From: Rebecca billardiae RCC1528 | Taxonomy: Eukaryota; Protista; Haptophyta | Direction: 5' to 3' | Assembly: GCA_965240325.2 (NCBI GenBank) | Contig: OZ251228.1 | Coordinates: forward strand, 1,612,001 to 1,676,000 | DNA length: 64,000 nucleotides | Shown here: piece by piece, positions 33,055-44,003 of the stretch | How positions within the stretch are numbered: the first letter of the stretch is position 1 | Layout of the letters: each line of letters opens with the position of its first letter | The notes under the pieces: generated by a model | The model's database searches: none | Told to the model about the DNA's origin: nothing | Seen by the model: the letters and a program-made list of their open reading frames with translations, nothing else | Position numbers and translations under genes: made by a program

Positions 33055-35325
33055 CCGCCGGGCGCCGCGCGCGCCAGCCGGTGCGCAGAGCACAAGCTCG
33101 CCGGCATGGTCCGCGAGTGTGACCACGCAGGCTGCACCAAGGCGCCTTCATTCGGCATGCCGGGCGAGACGCGCGGCAGCCGGTGCGGTGCGCACAGGCT
33201 GGCCGGCATGGTCAACGTGGTGAACCGCAAGTGTGATCACGCGGGCTGCACCACGGAGCCTTCATTCGGCATGCCGGGCGAGACGCGCGCGCGCGCCAGC
33301 CGGTGCGCCACGCACAAGCTGACCGGCATGGTCAACGTGGTGGGCCGCACGTGCGATCACGTTGGCTGCACCAAGCGGCCTTCATTCAACATACCGGGCG
33401 AGACGCGCGCCAGCCGGTGCGCAGCGCACAAGCTGGCCGGCATGGTCGACGTGGTGAACCGCAGGTGCGCTGAGGCTGGCTGCACAAAGAAGCCTGTATT
33501 TGGCATGGCAGGCGGTGAGCGGCCCAGCCGATGCGCAGCGCACATGCTGGCCGGCATGGTCAGCATCTCGACACCCAAGTGTGATCACGCGGGCTGCACC
33601 GAGGGGCCTGTGTACCGCATGCCGGGCGACGCGCGCGCCAGCCGGTGCGCAGAGCACAAGCTGGCCGGCATGGTCCACGTGGTGAGCCGCAAGTGCAGTG
33701 TGGCCGGCTGCAAAAAGTGGCCTTCGTTCGGCATGCAAGGCGACTCGCGCGCCAGCCGGTGCGTTGCGCACAAGCTGGATGGCATGGTCAGCATCTCGAC
33801 ACCCAAGTGTGATCACGCGGGCTGCACCGAGGGGGCTTTGTTCGGCGTGCAGGGCGACGCGCGCGCCAGCCGGTGCGCTACGCACAAGCTGGATGGCATG
33901 GTGAATGTGTCGACCCTGGCAGCGTGTGATCACGCCGGCTGCACCAAGGCGCCTTCACTCGGCATGCCGGGCGCCGCGCGCGCCAGCCGGTGCGCAGAGC
34001 ACAAGCTGGCCGGCATGGTCCACGTGGTGAGCCGCAAGTGCAGTGTGGCCGGCTGCAAAAAGTGGCCTTCGTTCGGCATGCAAGGCGACTCGCGCGCCAG
34101 CCGGTGCGTTGCGCACAAGCTGGATGGCATGGTGGTAGCGGCGTGGCTCAAGTGTGATCACCCGGGCTGCACCGAGGGGCCTTTGTACCGCATGCCGGGC
34201 GACGCGCGCGCCAGCCGGTGCGCAGAGCACAAGCTGGCCGGCATGGTCCGCAAGTGTGATCACGCAGGCTGCACCAAGTGGCCTTCATTCGGCATGCCGG
34301 GCGACGCGCGCCCCAGCCGGTGCGCAGAGCACAAGCTGGCCGGCATGGTCGACTTGGTGCACCCCAAGTGCGATCACGCGGGCTGCACCAAGGGGCCTGT
34401 GTACGGCTTGGCGGGCGACGCGCCCGCCAGCCGGTGCGCAGAGCACAAGCTGGCCGGCATGGTCTGCAAGTGTGATCACGCAGGCTGCACCAAGGGGCCT
34501 TTGTACGGTATGGGGCCTTTGTACGGCATGTCGGGCGATGCGCGCGCCAGCCGGTGCGCAGAGCACAAGCTGGCCGGCATGGTCTGCAAGTGTGATCGCG
34601 CGGGCTGCACCAAGGGGCCTTTGTACGGCTTGCCGGGCGACAGGCGCGCCAGCCGGTGCGCAGAGCACAAGCTGGCCGGCATGGTTTGTTGGCTCACCGT
34701 CCCCAAGCGCAGGCTGGAGCATGGCACCGGCGACCAGGGCACGCGTGCCGCGAAGCGACTGCACGGTGACGCCAGCTGCGTTGCCGCTGTTCCGTACGCC
34801 GCCCCGCAGCTGCCCCAACCGCCGCCACTGGTTGCAGCCAGCATCGTCCCCTGGCGCTCGCCAGTTGGCACGATCCATCCGGTTGGCGACGGGGCGGTCA
34901 ATGGTGGTGCCTGGGCCCTGGACGAGCGGCATGGGTGTGGTAATGCAGGCGACGCAACCCGGGCTGCCCCTGGCTGGGCTGGCATCGACGACCAGGGACT
35001 ACCAGCAAGCACCAACACCACCGCTGCGCCAGCACTACCATCATCATCCATGGCGGCGGGAGCACGACGGCAGCAAGCACTGGGTGACACGATTGGGATG
35101 CCCGACACGATCTGCCCCGTGCCGGCCGCGCTCGTGGTGACGGGCGCGGGGTGGTGCGGAGCGACGGTGGGAACGAGAGGCGAGGCGAGAGCAGCGTCGT
35201 CGGCAGTCGTCGAGGTGTGCTCAGGAGCAGGAGCAGAGGCAGCGGCGGACACCGGGGTTAGGTGGTTAGGCAAGGTCCGCCGAGGACGATGGCTAGTGGT
35301 CGAGGGTCGTGAGACACGAAGCTAG
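33055..35325 (+). CDS. EsV-1-7-type cysteine-rich tandem repeat protein (14 full repeats plus one half repeat), intronless in this span
   Basis: Units of 34-40 aa, CDHAGCTKxPxFGxPGxxRASRCAxHKLAGMV, match the EsV-1-7 repeat pattern. The first in-frame ATG is 33106, after the half repeat, so the true start is uncertain. Confidence 0.8.
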   Translation, partial: PPGAARASRCAEHKLAGMVRECDHAGCTKAPSFGMPGETRGSRCGAHRLAGMVNVVNRKCDHAGCTTEPSFGMPGETRARASRCATHKLTGMVNVVGRTCDHVGCTKRPSFNIPGETRASRCAAHKLAGMVDVVNRRCAEAGCTKKPVFGMAGGERPSRCAAHMLAGMVSISTPKCDHAGCTEGPVYRMPGDARASRCAEHKLAGMVHVVSRKCSVAGCKKWPSFGMQGDSRASRCVAHKLDGMVSISTPKCDHAGCTEGALFGVQGDARASRCATHKLDGMVNVSTLAACDHAGCTKAPSLGMPGAARASRCAEHKLAGMVHVVSRKCSVAGCKKWPSFGMQGDSRASRCVAHKLDGMVVAAWLKCDHPGCTEGPLYRMPGDARASRCAEHKLAGMVRKCDHAGCTKWPSFGMPGDARPSRCAEHKLAGMVDLVHPKCDHAGCTKGPVYGLAGDAPASRCAEHKLAGMVCKCDHAGCTKGPLYGMGPLYGMSGDARASRCAEHKLAGMVCKCDRAGCTKGPLYGLPGDRRASRCAEHKLAGMVCWLTVPKRRLEHGTGDQGTRAAKRLHGDASCVAAVPYAAPQLPQPPPLVAASIVPWRSPVGTIHPVGDGAVNGGAWALDERHGCGNAGDATRAAPGWAGIDDQGLPASTNTTAAPALPSSSMAAGARRQQALGDTIGMPDTICPVPAALVVTGAGWCGATVGTRGEARAASSAVVEVCSGAGAEAAADTGVRWLGKVRRGRWLVVEGRETRS

Positions 35326-35403
35326 CGAGTCAAGACGAGTCGGACAGACGTGTCACGTGAGACGTCAGACGAGAGTCGCCCCGCATAACCTTGAACTGAC
35401 CCG

Positions 35404-35434
35404 GCCGCTGGCGCTATGGCATAGCGCCAGCGGC
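35404..35434. repeat. Perfect 15-bp-stem palindrome with single-G centre
   Basis: GCCGCTGGCGCTATG-G-CATAGCGCCAGCGGC. Confidence 0.9.
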
Positions 35435-36705
35435 AGGCCGGGTGATCCGTCTGCTAATGCCTATATGTCGAGCCTATGATCGGCTACGCCGATCTTCGGG
35501 TAGTAAACAACAAAGTTGATGATGAGGGCGTGACACGGCCCTCTGAGTTGTCGCCGTTCTGACACAATCAGTATTACTGTAATTATTCCAGTCGTACTCG
35601 TAGACGTACAGGTATTTCAGTCTTCACCTACTAATCACCGTTCGTCACGAATCGCGCAGCCCACCACGTCCACGAGTCACGTAGTTGTGAGCCGAGCAGC
35701 CGGCTTGTGTGACTTGCCTCGCAAGCAGCAACTGCCTGCTCGCACTACTGCCTGAGCTAGTAGTAGATCATGGAATACTGTCGTACTGTGTATTATATAT
35801 ATATATATTGGCCCGCGGTGCAGGGCGGAGCGCGCAGCGTGGAGCCCGCACCAGCGGGCCCGAACCACGTTTCAAAAAGATCTTTGATCAAGAAAAAAGG
35901 GACGGGGGGCGGCGGAAAAAAAGGGACGGGGGCGATTTTTAGGGCTGGCGGAGACCGAGTTTCGAGTTTTTGAGATCGCATTGAGAGGTCTATCAGGCCA
36001 AAAAAAAGCGCGCCCAGCTGATTCCCTTAAGTAAAGTGCGATCTGGACGTCAGCTGGACGTGACATTAGTGTAACGGTTCGTTACGAGCGAATCGTACTC
36101 GTCTTCCCGGATCGCGTGACGTCCGGACTGGGCCACATCCGGATCGTCGGAGGTGACGTGCCCCGGCACGATGGGCGATGGCGGATATGCGGGACGGCGC
36201 CTGCACGTGCCTCCGGACCCGCCTCCCGCTTGCTGCTCACGCAGTCAGCTGCGACCGTGGCGCATGATCGCAGAAGCAGTGCCGGCAGTACGGCCTGCAT
36301 CAGCTAGTGCCGCGCCGTCGTGGCGCGCGCGGTACGGTTGCGCGTTTGCAGCGCTCGCCACTCGCCCTCGGCGACGGCACGCGCGTGCGGCTCAGGTGTG
36401 TCAAATGCGGTCTCGTCGGCGCGCTTTCGCCTGCCACCTCGTGCACCCGTGCCGCCAGTTTCATCGTCTTCATGAGGACTGCTGCTGCTGTCGCCATCCG
36501 CTCTCCATCACCCCGAGTCGCCGGTCGCGCGGCGCGCGCGGTAGGCACTACTGCCACTAGGCAGGGCGTACGGTCACTCACCCGTGCAACGGGTCAAGTG
36601 GCCAGAGTACGTCTGGTCGTTGGCTGGCACGGGCCGCAGCGCTAAAGCACCCTGCTGTCACACCCGACTCCTTCAGTACTCCGAGCTCCGCGGCACGACT
36701 CACTC

Positions 36706-36851
36706 GGCACGATCGCGGACGGGTCGGATCCGAGCTGATCAGCCAGAGTTGGACACAGTTTGGCAGCTACTAGTAGTAATTCCGATGCCGATGGCACGAT
36801 CGCGGACGGGTCGGATCCGAGCTGATCAGCCAGTTGGACATTTGGCAGCTA
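36706..36851 (+). repeat. Near-tandem direct repeat, 2 x ~60 bp
   Basis: GGCACGATCGCGGACGGGTCGGATCCGAGCTGATCAGCCAG at 36706 and 36793, each followed by TTGGACA..TTTGGCAGCTA. Confidence 0.9.
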
Positions 36852-37554
36852 GTTGTCAGACGGACGTCCGATTTGACGACCGGTGCCGGGTGCGGTCTCA
36901 GGTCCGCTGCTGTGATTGTGTGAAGTGTGAATGAGTCTCGCGGTCGCGCAGGCAGGGCGACGGTCGGACTAATATAGCTTCAGTCATCTCAGAACCGACT
37001 TCAACTGGCGAACTGCCACTACGGCGGAGAGCCGCGATTGCACGGCCACCGCGGGCCCCCAACTGCGTTGATTCTATGCAGAAAAGGACCGCGGAACGCG
37101 GTCATATATTATATATATTTAATATATACGAATAGCAGAGTTAGAGAGAGAGAGAGAGAGAGATGCTACTAGTACCGTACTACTGAAACGAACCGTTGCG
37201 ACGAGCGATTATGTTTTCCGGCGCTTATGATGACGACGAGATTGCCGCTTAACCGATGGCGATGGCAGCGACGCCCCGGGCCACACTTTGACTTTGCCGG
37301 GCAGCCTGCGGGCTGCGGCCGGTCTCGCCCACGGCGGCAGTTGGAGCAGTCATTGGTGGCCCATCAGACTGGGCAAGCTCAGCCCGCACGCAGCTGAGCT
37401 CGCGAGCAAATCGGCGCTCAGGCTCGAGGATCCTCCCCGTCCCTGCGGCCGGTTCGGCGCTGGCCGGTCGAAAGCTGAGCACTTGGAGCCGCCAGTCCGT
37501 GAGCTGGCGATTCGGCAGCGCTCTGTGCTCGGTGCTGCCGGCCCAAGCGCAGGC

Positions 37555-39018
37555 TCACTGCGGCGGCGCCTTGCGAGGGTCCGGGTACGTCATTCTGCGC
37601 GCACGCGCGCCACGCGTGGGGCAGGCGCCGCGCGCGCGAGGCCACGCGGTCAGAGCCCGCGCGCCGCGCTTCGCAGGCGCAGCGGCCGAAACACGCGCCG
37701 GCCGGCCGCGCACGCGCCGCGGCGCGCTGCGCGCGCTCTCACCTCGTCTGGAACTCGTTGGTGACGGCGTTGTACGTGAGCAGGAAGGCCACCTCGCCGA
37801 AGCCGAGGAGGTACTTGAGCACGTTCTGCGCCATCAGCCCGGCGATGATCGAGTCCGTGGTGGCGAGCGAGGCGGCGCACACGCCAGGCCGCTTTTCAAA
37901 CGCCTGCTTGATCGGCGCCGCCTCGAGCCCGCCCGTGCGCCCGGGGATGATGAGCTGCACGGAGCCGGACATCGCGTCGTCCGCGCACACGCCGTCCATG
38001 AAGGGCAGCTGCAGCTCCTCGCCCACCGCCTCGAGCGCTTGCCGCGCCGCCATGTTGTCCACGCACCCCAGCAGCAGGTTGACCGGGGAGTTCCGGTCGA
38101 TCCCGCCGGTCGCCAGGCTCTCGGCCAGCTTGGCGCGGTTCTCGTCGAGCGAGATGTCCATGTTGTGCACCTGCGGCGGGGGCGGAAGAGGGCGAGCCCG
38201 GCCGAAGCCGCGCGTGAGGACGCGCCGCCGGCACGCGCAGCGGGTGCGATGCGCCGCGCTGGCCATGCCGCAGGTGCGCGAGCGCGTGCGCGTGCTGCCG
38301 GCCGCTGCCGGCCGCACCTCGAAGATCGTGTCAGGGCACAGCTCCGAGCAGTAGTGGCGCACAGCCATGGTCTTGTTCCACCCGGCCTGCTCGGGGCGGA
38401 AGAACATCTTGTTCATGTTCGCCAGCTCGATCGTGTCGTGGTCGAAGATGATCACCTTGCCCACGCCGCAGCGCGTGAGCATCTCACACACGGCGACGCC
38501 CACGCCGCCAACGCCGACGATCGCGACCGAGAAGTCGCGGATGCGCTCGTAGTTCTTGACGACGCCCATCGTCTTGAGGGCCATGAGCCTCGAGTACGGC
38601 TGCGCGATCGGTCGGCGCGCGCCGGGGGGATCGGGGCGTGAGGAGCCCGCGCGGCCGCACCAGCGGCGGCGGCGGCGCCACGCGGTGCGCGCACGTTCGT
38701 GTCGACCACCTCGGCGCTCATCGTCTCCATCTTCTGCCGGCGCACGCGGCGGGGGCCGGTGGTCGACGAGTACATTCGGACCACCTCCTGAATCTCCTTC
38801 ACCTGATTCTGGATCCGCCCGACCTGCTGTCGCAGGTCGGAGGTCGTGACCTGCTCGAGCACGGGCCGACAGCGCACGCACGCCGGCGGACGAGCGCGTC
38901 ACGTGGCGCGCAGCCGGCGACGCTGGCGGGGCCCCGGCAGGCGGTGGGAGACGCGTCCATGGAGCTGCGCGCGCACCTTGATGTCATGCGCCGGCCCGAC
39001 GGCCCCACCCGACTCCAT
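37555..39018 (-). CDS. UBA5: UBA5-like UFM1-activating E1 enzyme, atypical (5 exons)
   Basis: MSAEVVDTN|PYSRLMALKTMG, VGVGGVG, EMLTRCGVGK, ELANMN, GCVDNMAAR, GVCAASL (catalytic Cys), QNVLKYLLGFGEV. Inferred start MESGG at 39018. Last exon MTYPDPRKAPPQ*. Confidence 0.88.
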
Positions 39019-40085
39019 CGCGTCGCCTTGGGCTCGCTACCCGCCGCAAGCGCGCTCACACGGGCGCACTGGTCGTTTGGGCAGAGCTGCCCTTTTTGAG
39101 TGCTGCTCTGGTGAGCAGTGGCTCCGCTGCGCATCGATGGCGTCGCTAAAGCACCGGACTGGACAGGAGCACCGGACTATACCGTCGGTGAGACGGTGAC
39201 TATGGGGGTACCGAGGGTTGCCACTGGCTCTGACTAGTGACTATTGACTACCACAGCTAGGGTGCTCACTAGTGACTCTGACGACCACCTGAGGGTGCTG
39301 ACTCTGGTTAGTACCACCGATGATGCAGCTAGTAGCTACTCTCTCTCTCTCCTATTAATGAGTGCACAGCGGTGGCACCGCAACGAGTCGGAGTCCTGAG
39401 GCCAGTCGGCTGCGGACGGCCGATTGAAGAGTGAAGTCTGACGACCGTGTCGTCGACTGTGTGCCAATCCCTGGGCGTACGCCGGTACGGTCATTACAAG
39501 TGTCATCCGACATCCGGTCGGCGTCCGGACTGACCCTGGGGACTCACTCACTCAGGAGGCACGGCGGAGCCTGCCAGCGGCCTCCGGGTGCCACTCTTAG
39601 ACACTGCGGTCTGACTAGCTACTCTGCTAAGTCAGAGTGTCACTGGGCAGCAGTATTTCAGCACCGGGCAGCGAGGGGGGCGGGGCGGGGGCTGCCGCCA
39701 GCCGATGACTCCAGGGTGCTGCGCACGATGCAAGTCATTACTAAGTCAAAATGCGCCAGCGCACAGCGTTGCCAGCAGTCAGCTGCCCCGAGTCCGCGAT
39801 GATATCATGATACGTGTCAGAATAATAATGATATAATGACGAGCATGACTTGCCAGTCAACTGCCGTGTGGGGTGTCGCGGCGGGCGGCCAGAGTCGGTC
39901 GTCCGGGAGCGGACTGCCCGAGCCGTACTACGACTGTACGTCCTGTGAGCCGTCCGACTATACGGTAATTAACTGAGAACTCTTACTACAGTAGTCGTAG
40001 AGTGTACTGTGTAGTTAGTGCGCGCTGTCTTAGCAGTGGCGCGCCAGCCAGTCAAATTGTATTAGCAGCTCATCAATCATCAGCG

Positions 40086-40271
<186 letters not shown>

Positions 40272-42061
40272 CACCTTGAAAAAACGCCACCAGCGTTCGT
40301 GGCCACATTGAGAAGTTTTTCACGGCTCATTGATCGACGCTAAGCAAGAATCCACCACTAAGGCAGGTCGGCCAAGGGAATCACGTCCATCGATACGCGA
40401 CCAATCAACAGGCTCCATTCGATTTACTCATGATTCCGGCGAGGCTGGTAATGCGGGTAGATGAAATGGCGCTGTCTGATTGGTCAGCCGTTGCTATCAT
40501 TCCTTCGCGGCATCCAATCATCTGCAACTCTGAATCGAAGAACAAGGGGCCCGGTCACTTTCGCAAGCTGCGCTTATCGGAAAGCGGGCGGTCGCCCCTC
40601 CGAGCAGAGCGAGGGTAGAGCTCGCACTCGCTCCGCCGGGGGGGGGGTGGGGCTGGGCGGCACGCATCACGTGAGGTCGTGCAGCCGTTCCGTTGCCCTG
40701 CTGCGGGCGTGTGCTGCCTGGGCTGCGGCAGATCAGCACTATGATTCAGCCTGCCACGCAAGTGCTCCTCCTTGACACCGTCTCCGGGTCTGGAAGTCAT
40801 GCGCGCCGGCCCCGAGCGCCCGATCCGCTGCCAGCCGCGTGTCGGCATGGCGCAAGCGTGCGCGCGCATGATGCGCGACACTGTGAGTCGGTGTCGCGGC
40901 TGCCATCGACGAATATAGCTCTTCATGGGCGCATATGGTGGTAATCCGCCCGAAGTCCGCCGACGCATTCACTTGCAGTGGCACGAAGGCTTGCGCGCTC
41001 TCCGACTCACTCCGAGTCCGCGGTCCGGCGACTGGTCAGCTTTTGGCCTGTCTGCGCAGACGCGCGGGCGCGTACTGGCGAGAGCGCGTTAGGGCTGCTT
41101 AAGCTGCAGATCAGTACTACGCTTGTCTTCGCCGCACACCCGCTCCTCCTTGACGACATCTCAGCGTCTCAAAGCCATGCGCGCCACCCGTTGGGCGGAC
41201 AAAGCAGCGGCCGAGTCCAGTGAACTATCAGCGGCGAGTGCGCACGCGCGTGATGAGCGACAGGGTGGACTGCAGGCGTGACCACTACAGGCGAATGCAG
41301 CCTTACTTGGCACACATTGAGCCGCCTGAATCGTATCCACCCGTAGATTTGTCGCGCACCAAAGGCGTGCACGCTCTCAAGCCCGGCGCCGTCCGATTGA
41401 CTTCCGGCGACGGCCCGCCGGTTCTGTGCGGATGGTCGTCAGCTCTCTGCACAGACGTGTGGGCCCAAGCTGGCGCGAAGGATCGCGCGGTAATCAGGGC
41501 GACGCTCGTTCACGTCCCACAGCGGATCGCCCCCCCTATATCTCTCACTGTGCACGCGCACTTCCGTCCCTATTGACCTGCTACTGCCGAATGACGGGCC
41601 CGGACGTCTGCCGCTTCCGCTCGCGGTTGCACGCCGCCGCGTGCAACCCTTGGAGACCCGCAGGCGGTGGGAAGGGAGAACGCTCGCAGGGCGGCGTCAC
41701 GCGTGATGCTGTTCTGCCGCAGCCCATGCAGCGCGCGCCCACTGCAGGGCAACGCGGCGGCGGACGCGTTTCGTGCGGCCCAGTACAACGTGACGGTGGC
41801 GGCGGACGGGCGAAGGGCAAAAAGCGCCGCCTCCGTCCTCCAACGAAGACCCACGCGGCTAGCGAAAGGGTCCACTCCCGAAATCCCTTTGCTGGAGCTT
41901 GCGCATCTGCGGCTTCGGCGCCTATCGTCCGAGATTCGCACGCTTCCCAACTTGATTATCGCCGCAGGTAAGTGCACCTTAGGCGATCAAAAAATGAGCC
42001 CTATGCAGTTCACGTGAGAACGAATGTAGAGGGCCACGGACGCTGGTGGCGTTTTTTCAAG

Positions 42062-42064
<3 letters not shown>
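40272..42064. mobile_element. Non-autonomous TIR element (1793 bp, 33-bp TIRs, CAC..GTG ends) in a TA microsatellite
   Basis: CACCTTGAAAAAACGCCACCAGCGTTCGTGGCC (40272-40304) matches the reverse complement of 42032-42064 at 32/33. Flanked by AT repeats on both sides. No recognisable transposase. Confidence 0.88.

Positions 42065-42104
<40 letters not shown>
42065..42104 (+). repeat. (AT)n microsatellite
   Basis: About 20 units. Confidence 0.98.
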
Positions 42105-42109
<5 letters not shown>

Positions 42110-42288
42110 GGCACACAGACGACGCTCAGAGACGCAAGCCGGTTCTTACTGGCTACGAGTATATTGGTAGCCAGAGACCAAGACCACGACGAGCCCGACG
42201 CGCGGATTCGACCGTGCACGACCGGCGCCACACTCATCGTCAGACCAGAGACTGAGAGAGTGCTGCCAACGAGTACGCAAGTGACTGC

Positions 42289-44003
42289 TCATGCAGCCGC
42301 ACCGTCGCTGGCACCGCAGCCAGCCTGGGCTCTCAGGAACGGCACGAGATGTTCACTGGCGAGCCAGGTGAGGGCACATAGCAGAACGGCGGAGCGCACA
42401 TGGGGCAGCGGCTTGTACGGCTTTTGCCACAGCCAGTTCAGCCACGTGGGCTCAAACGCAAAGCAGAGCGCACGCCTCACCGGTGCGGTGGTCAGGAGGT
42501 AGGCGGCACTCACGCTCAGCCCTGCGATCAGCACCAGCATGAGCGGCGATGCGCATGCACGCACGCCTAGCGCATTGAACAGGCGCCGGACGTAGGGAAG
42601 GAAGCACAGCTCTTGCATCAGGTACGCATACAGCACGTGGCGCCCACTGCGGGAGAAGGCAGTGGGCCGGTTGGGCATGAGCAGCACGAACGAGCCCCCG
42701 ACCAGCAGCGCGAGCAGGTGGTACGCGGCACGCGAGGTCCACCAGTAGTAATACCGCAGCTGGCACGCCTGGCGCAGGGCCACTGCCTCGCCCCCCACCT
42801 GATGGTGAGCGCAGATCTCGTTGAGTGCCTCCGCGGAGAAGTAGCTGCGGTGGGACATGCGCTTCGACCACGTGACCAGGCTCACTGCGGTGAAGTGGCC
42901 GCCGTGCGTCGGAGCATCGCACTCGTCGGGCAAGCCGTACGCCAGCCACACGCAGATGCAAATCCAGAGGCAGTGCAGCGCGGCTGCAGCACCCCGGATC
43001 TGCGGGCGGACTTGCGTGAACGCCGAGTACGGTGTGATGTGCCCAAGGATGAATGCAGGGAGCATGCCGATGACTGTATCCCCGTGCCACGAGCCAAGGC
43101 GGGGGATCATCCAGTACCCGCCATACCACGAGATGAAGCACGCGAGGCCGAGGAGCACGCGCCGGTCGGGCACCGTTCGTAGGAACGGCAGCAGCATCTT
43201 CCACGTCATCCAGCACTCGAGATACCTGCGCGCGTCGGTGGGGGAGCGCGCCGGAGGTCAGTGCAGGGGCTGCTGAGCAACACTGGCGCGCTGCCATAGG
43301 GCAGACAGGGTGCCGCACGCGCCACGCGACGACTGGCTTGCTGAGCGACCAGTTGGGCAGCTGCACGGCCGCATCGGATGCGTCCGCGCTCGTGCCGCAC
43401 GCACCACGCGACGACTGGCTTGCTGTGCGACCAGTTGGGCAGCTGCACGGCCGCATCGGATGCGTCCGCGCTCGTGAACGCGGCGTATGCCCAGCGCATA
43501 TTGAGGTTCCAAATCGTGTTGAGCACTACGTAGGTTGCCATGGTGGTGGACATCACGCGCTGCGCGCGCTCTGGCGTGAGCTCGCCCTTGGAGACGACCC
43601 CGCTCAGGAAAGCAAACGTGATCATGGCAAACGAGTTGACCCAAGCCGCGTACGCAGCTTGCCACCCAGTCTTCGTCATGCCCGACACCCACTGGAGTGC
43701 GTGGTGGCAGAAGATGGCTGCGTTGAGAAAGAACTTGGCATGATTGATGGTGTGCAACTCGACTTGTGGCTCGGTGGATGGCGTTGGGCCCGTTGAGTCG
43801 GCAGCGTGTGCATCACCATGCGGCTTGACACAGGCCAAGGGCGGGCTCTCTGCGTCCGACCGTGCCGCCCCTTCGGGTAGAATGCACTCTGCTTCTTTTG
43901 TCCGCGCCCGGACGGCGTTGACGACTCGGCATGCGACCAAGACAAGCGCGAGGGCGAGAATAAGCACTGCAGACTGTTCGGGCGTGATGAAGTAGTACTC
44001 GTC
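42289..44003 (-). CDS. Acyltransferase family 3 (OafA/YkrP-like) multi-pass membrane protein; 5' end unresolved
   Basis: INHAKFFLNAAIFCHH, NSFAMITFAFLSG..SK, PVVAW|YLECWMTWKMLLPF, LPAFILG, SRSGRHVLYAYLMQ, plus many TM helices. Intron about 43226-43404. Confidence 0.72.
43310..43476. repeat. 82-bp tandem duplication spanning an exon end and donor site
   Basis: 43310-43391 and 43392-43473 differ at 2 positions. Confidence 0.92.

Noticed and set aside
33055-34690. Possible CRISPR-like array
   Set aside because: The repeats are in-frame coding units with homologous rather than unique spacers; eukaryotic context and no cas genes.
35401-35470. Helitron 3' end at the hairpin
   Set aside because: No CTRR terminus at the expected distance and no Rep/helicase.
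35790-37130. Segment flanked by TA runs, possibly a second TA-targeting element
   Set aside because: No convincing terminal inverted repeats and no transposase remnant.
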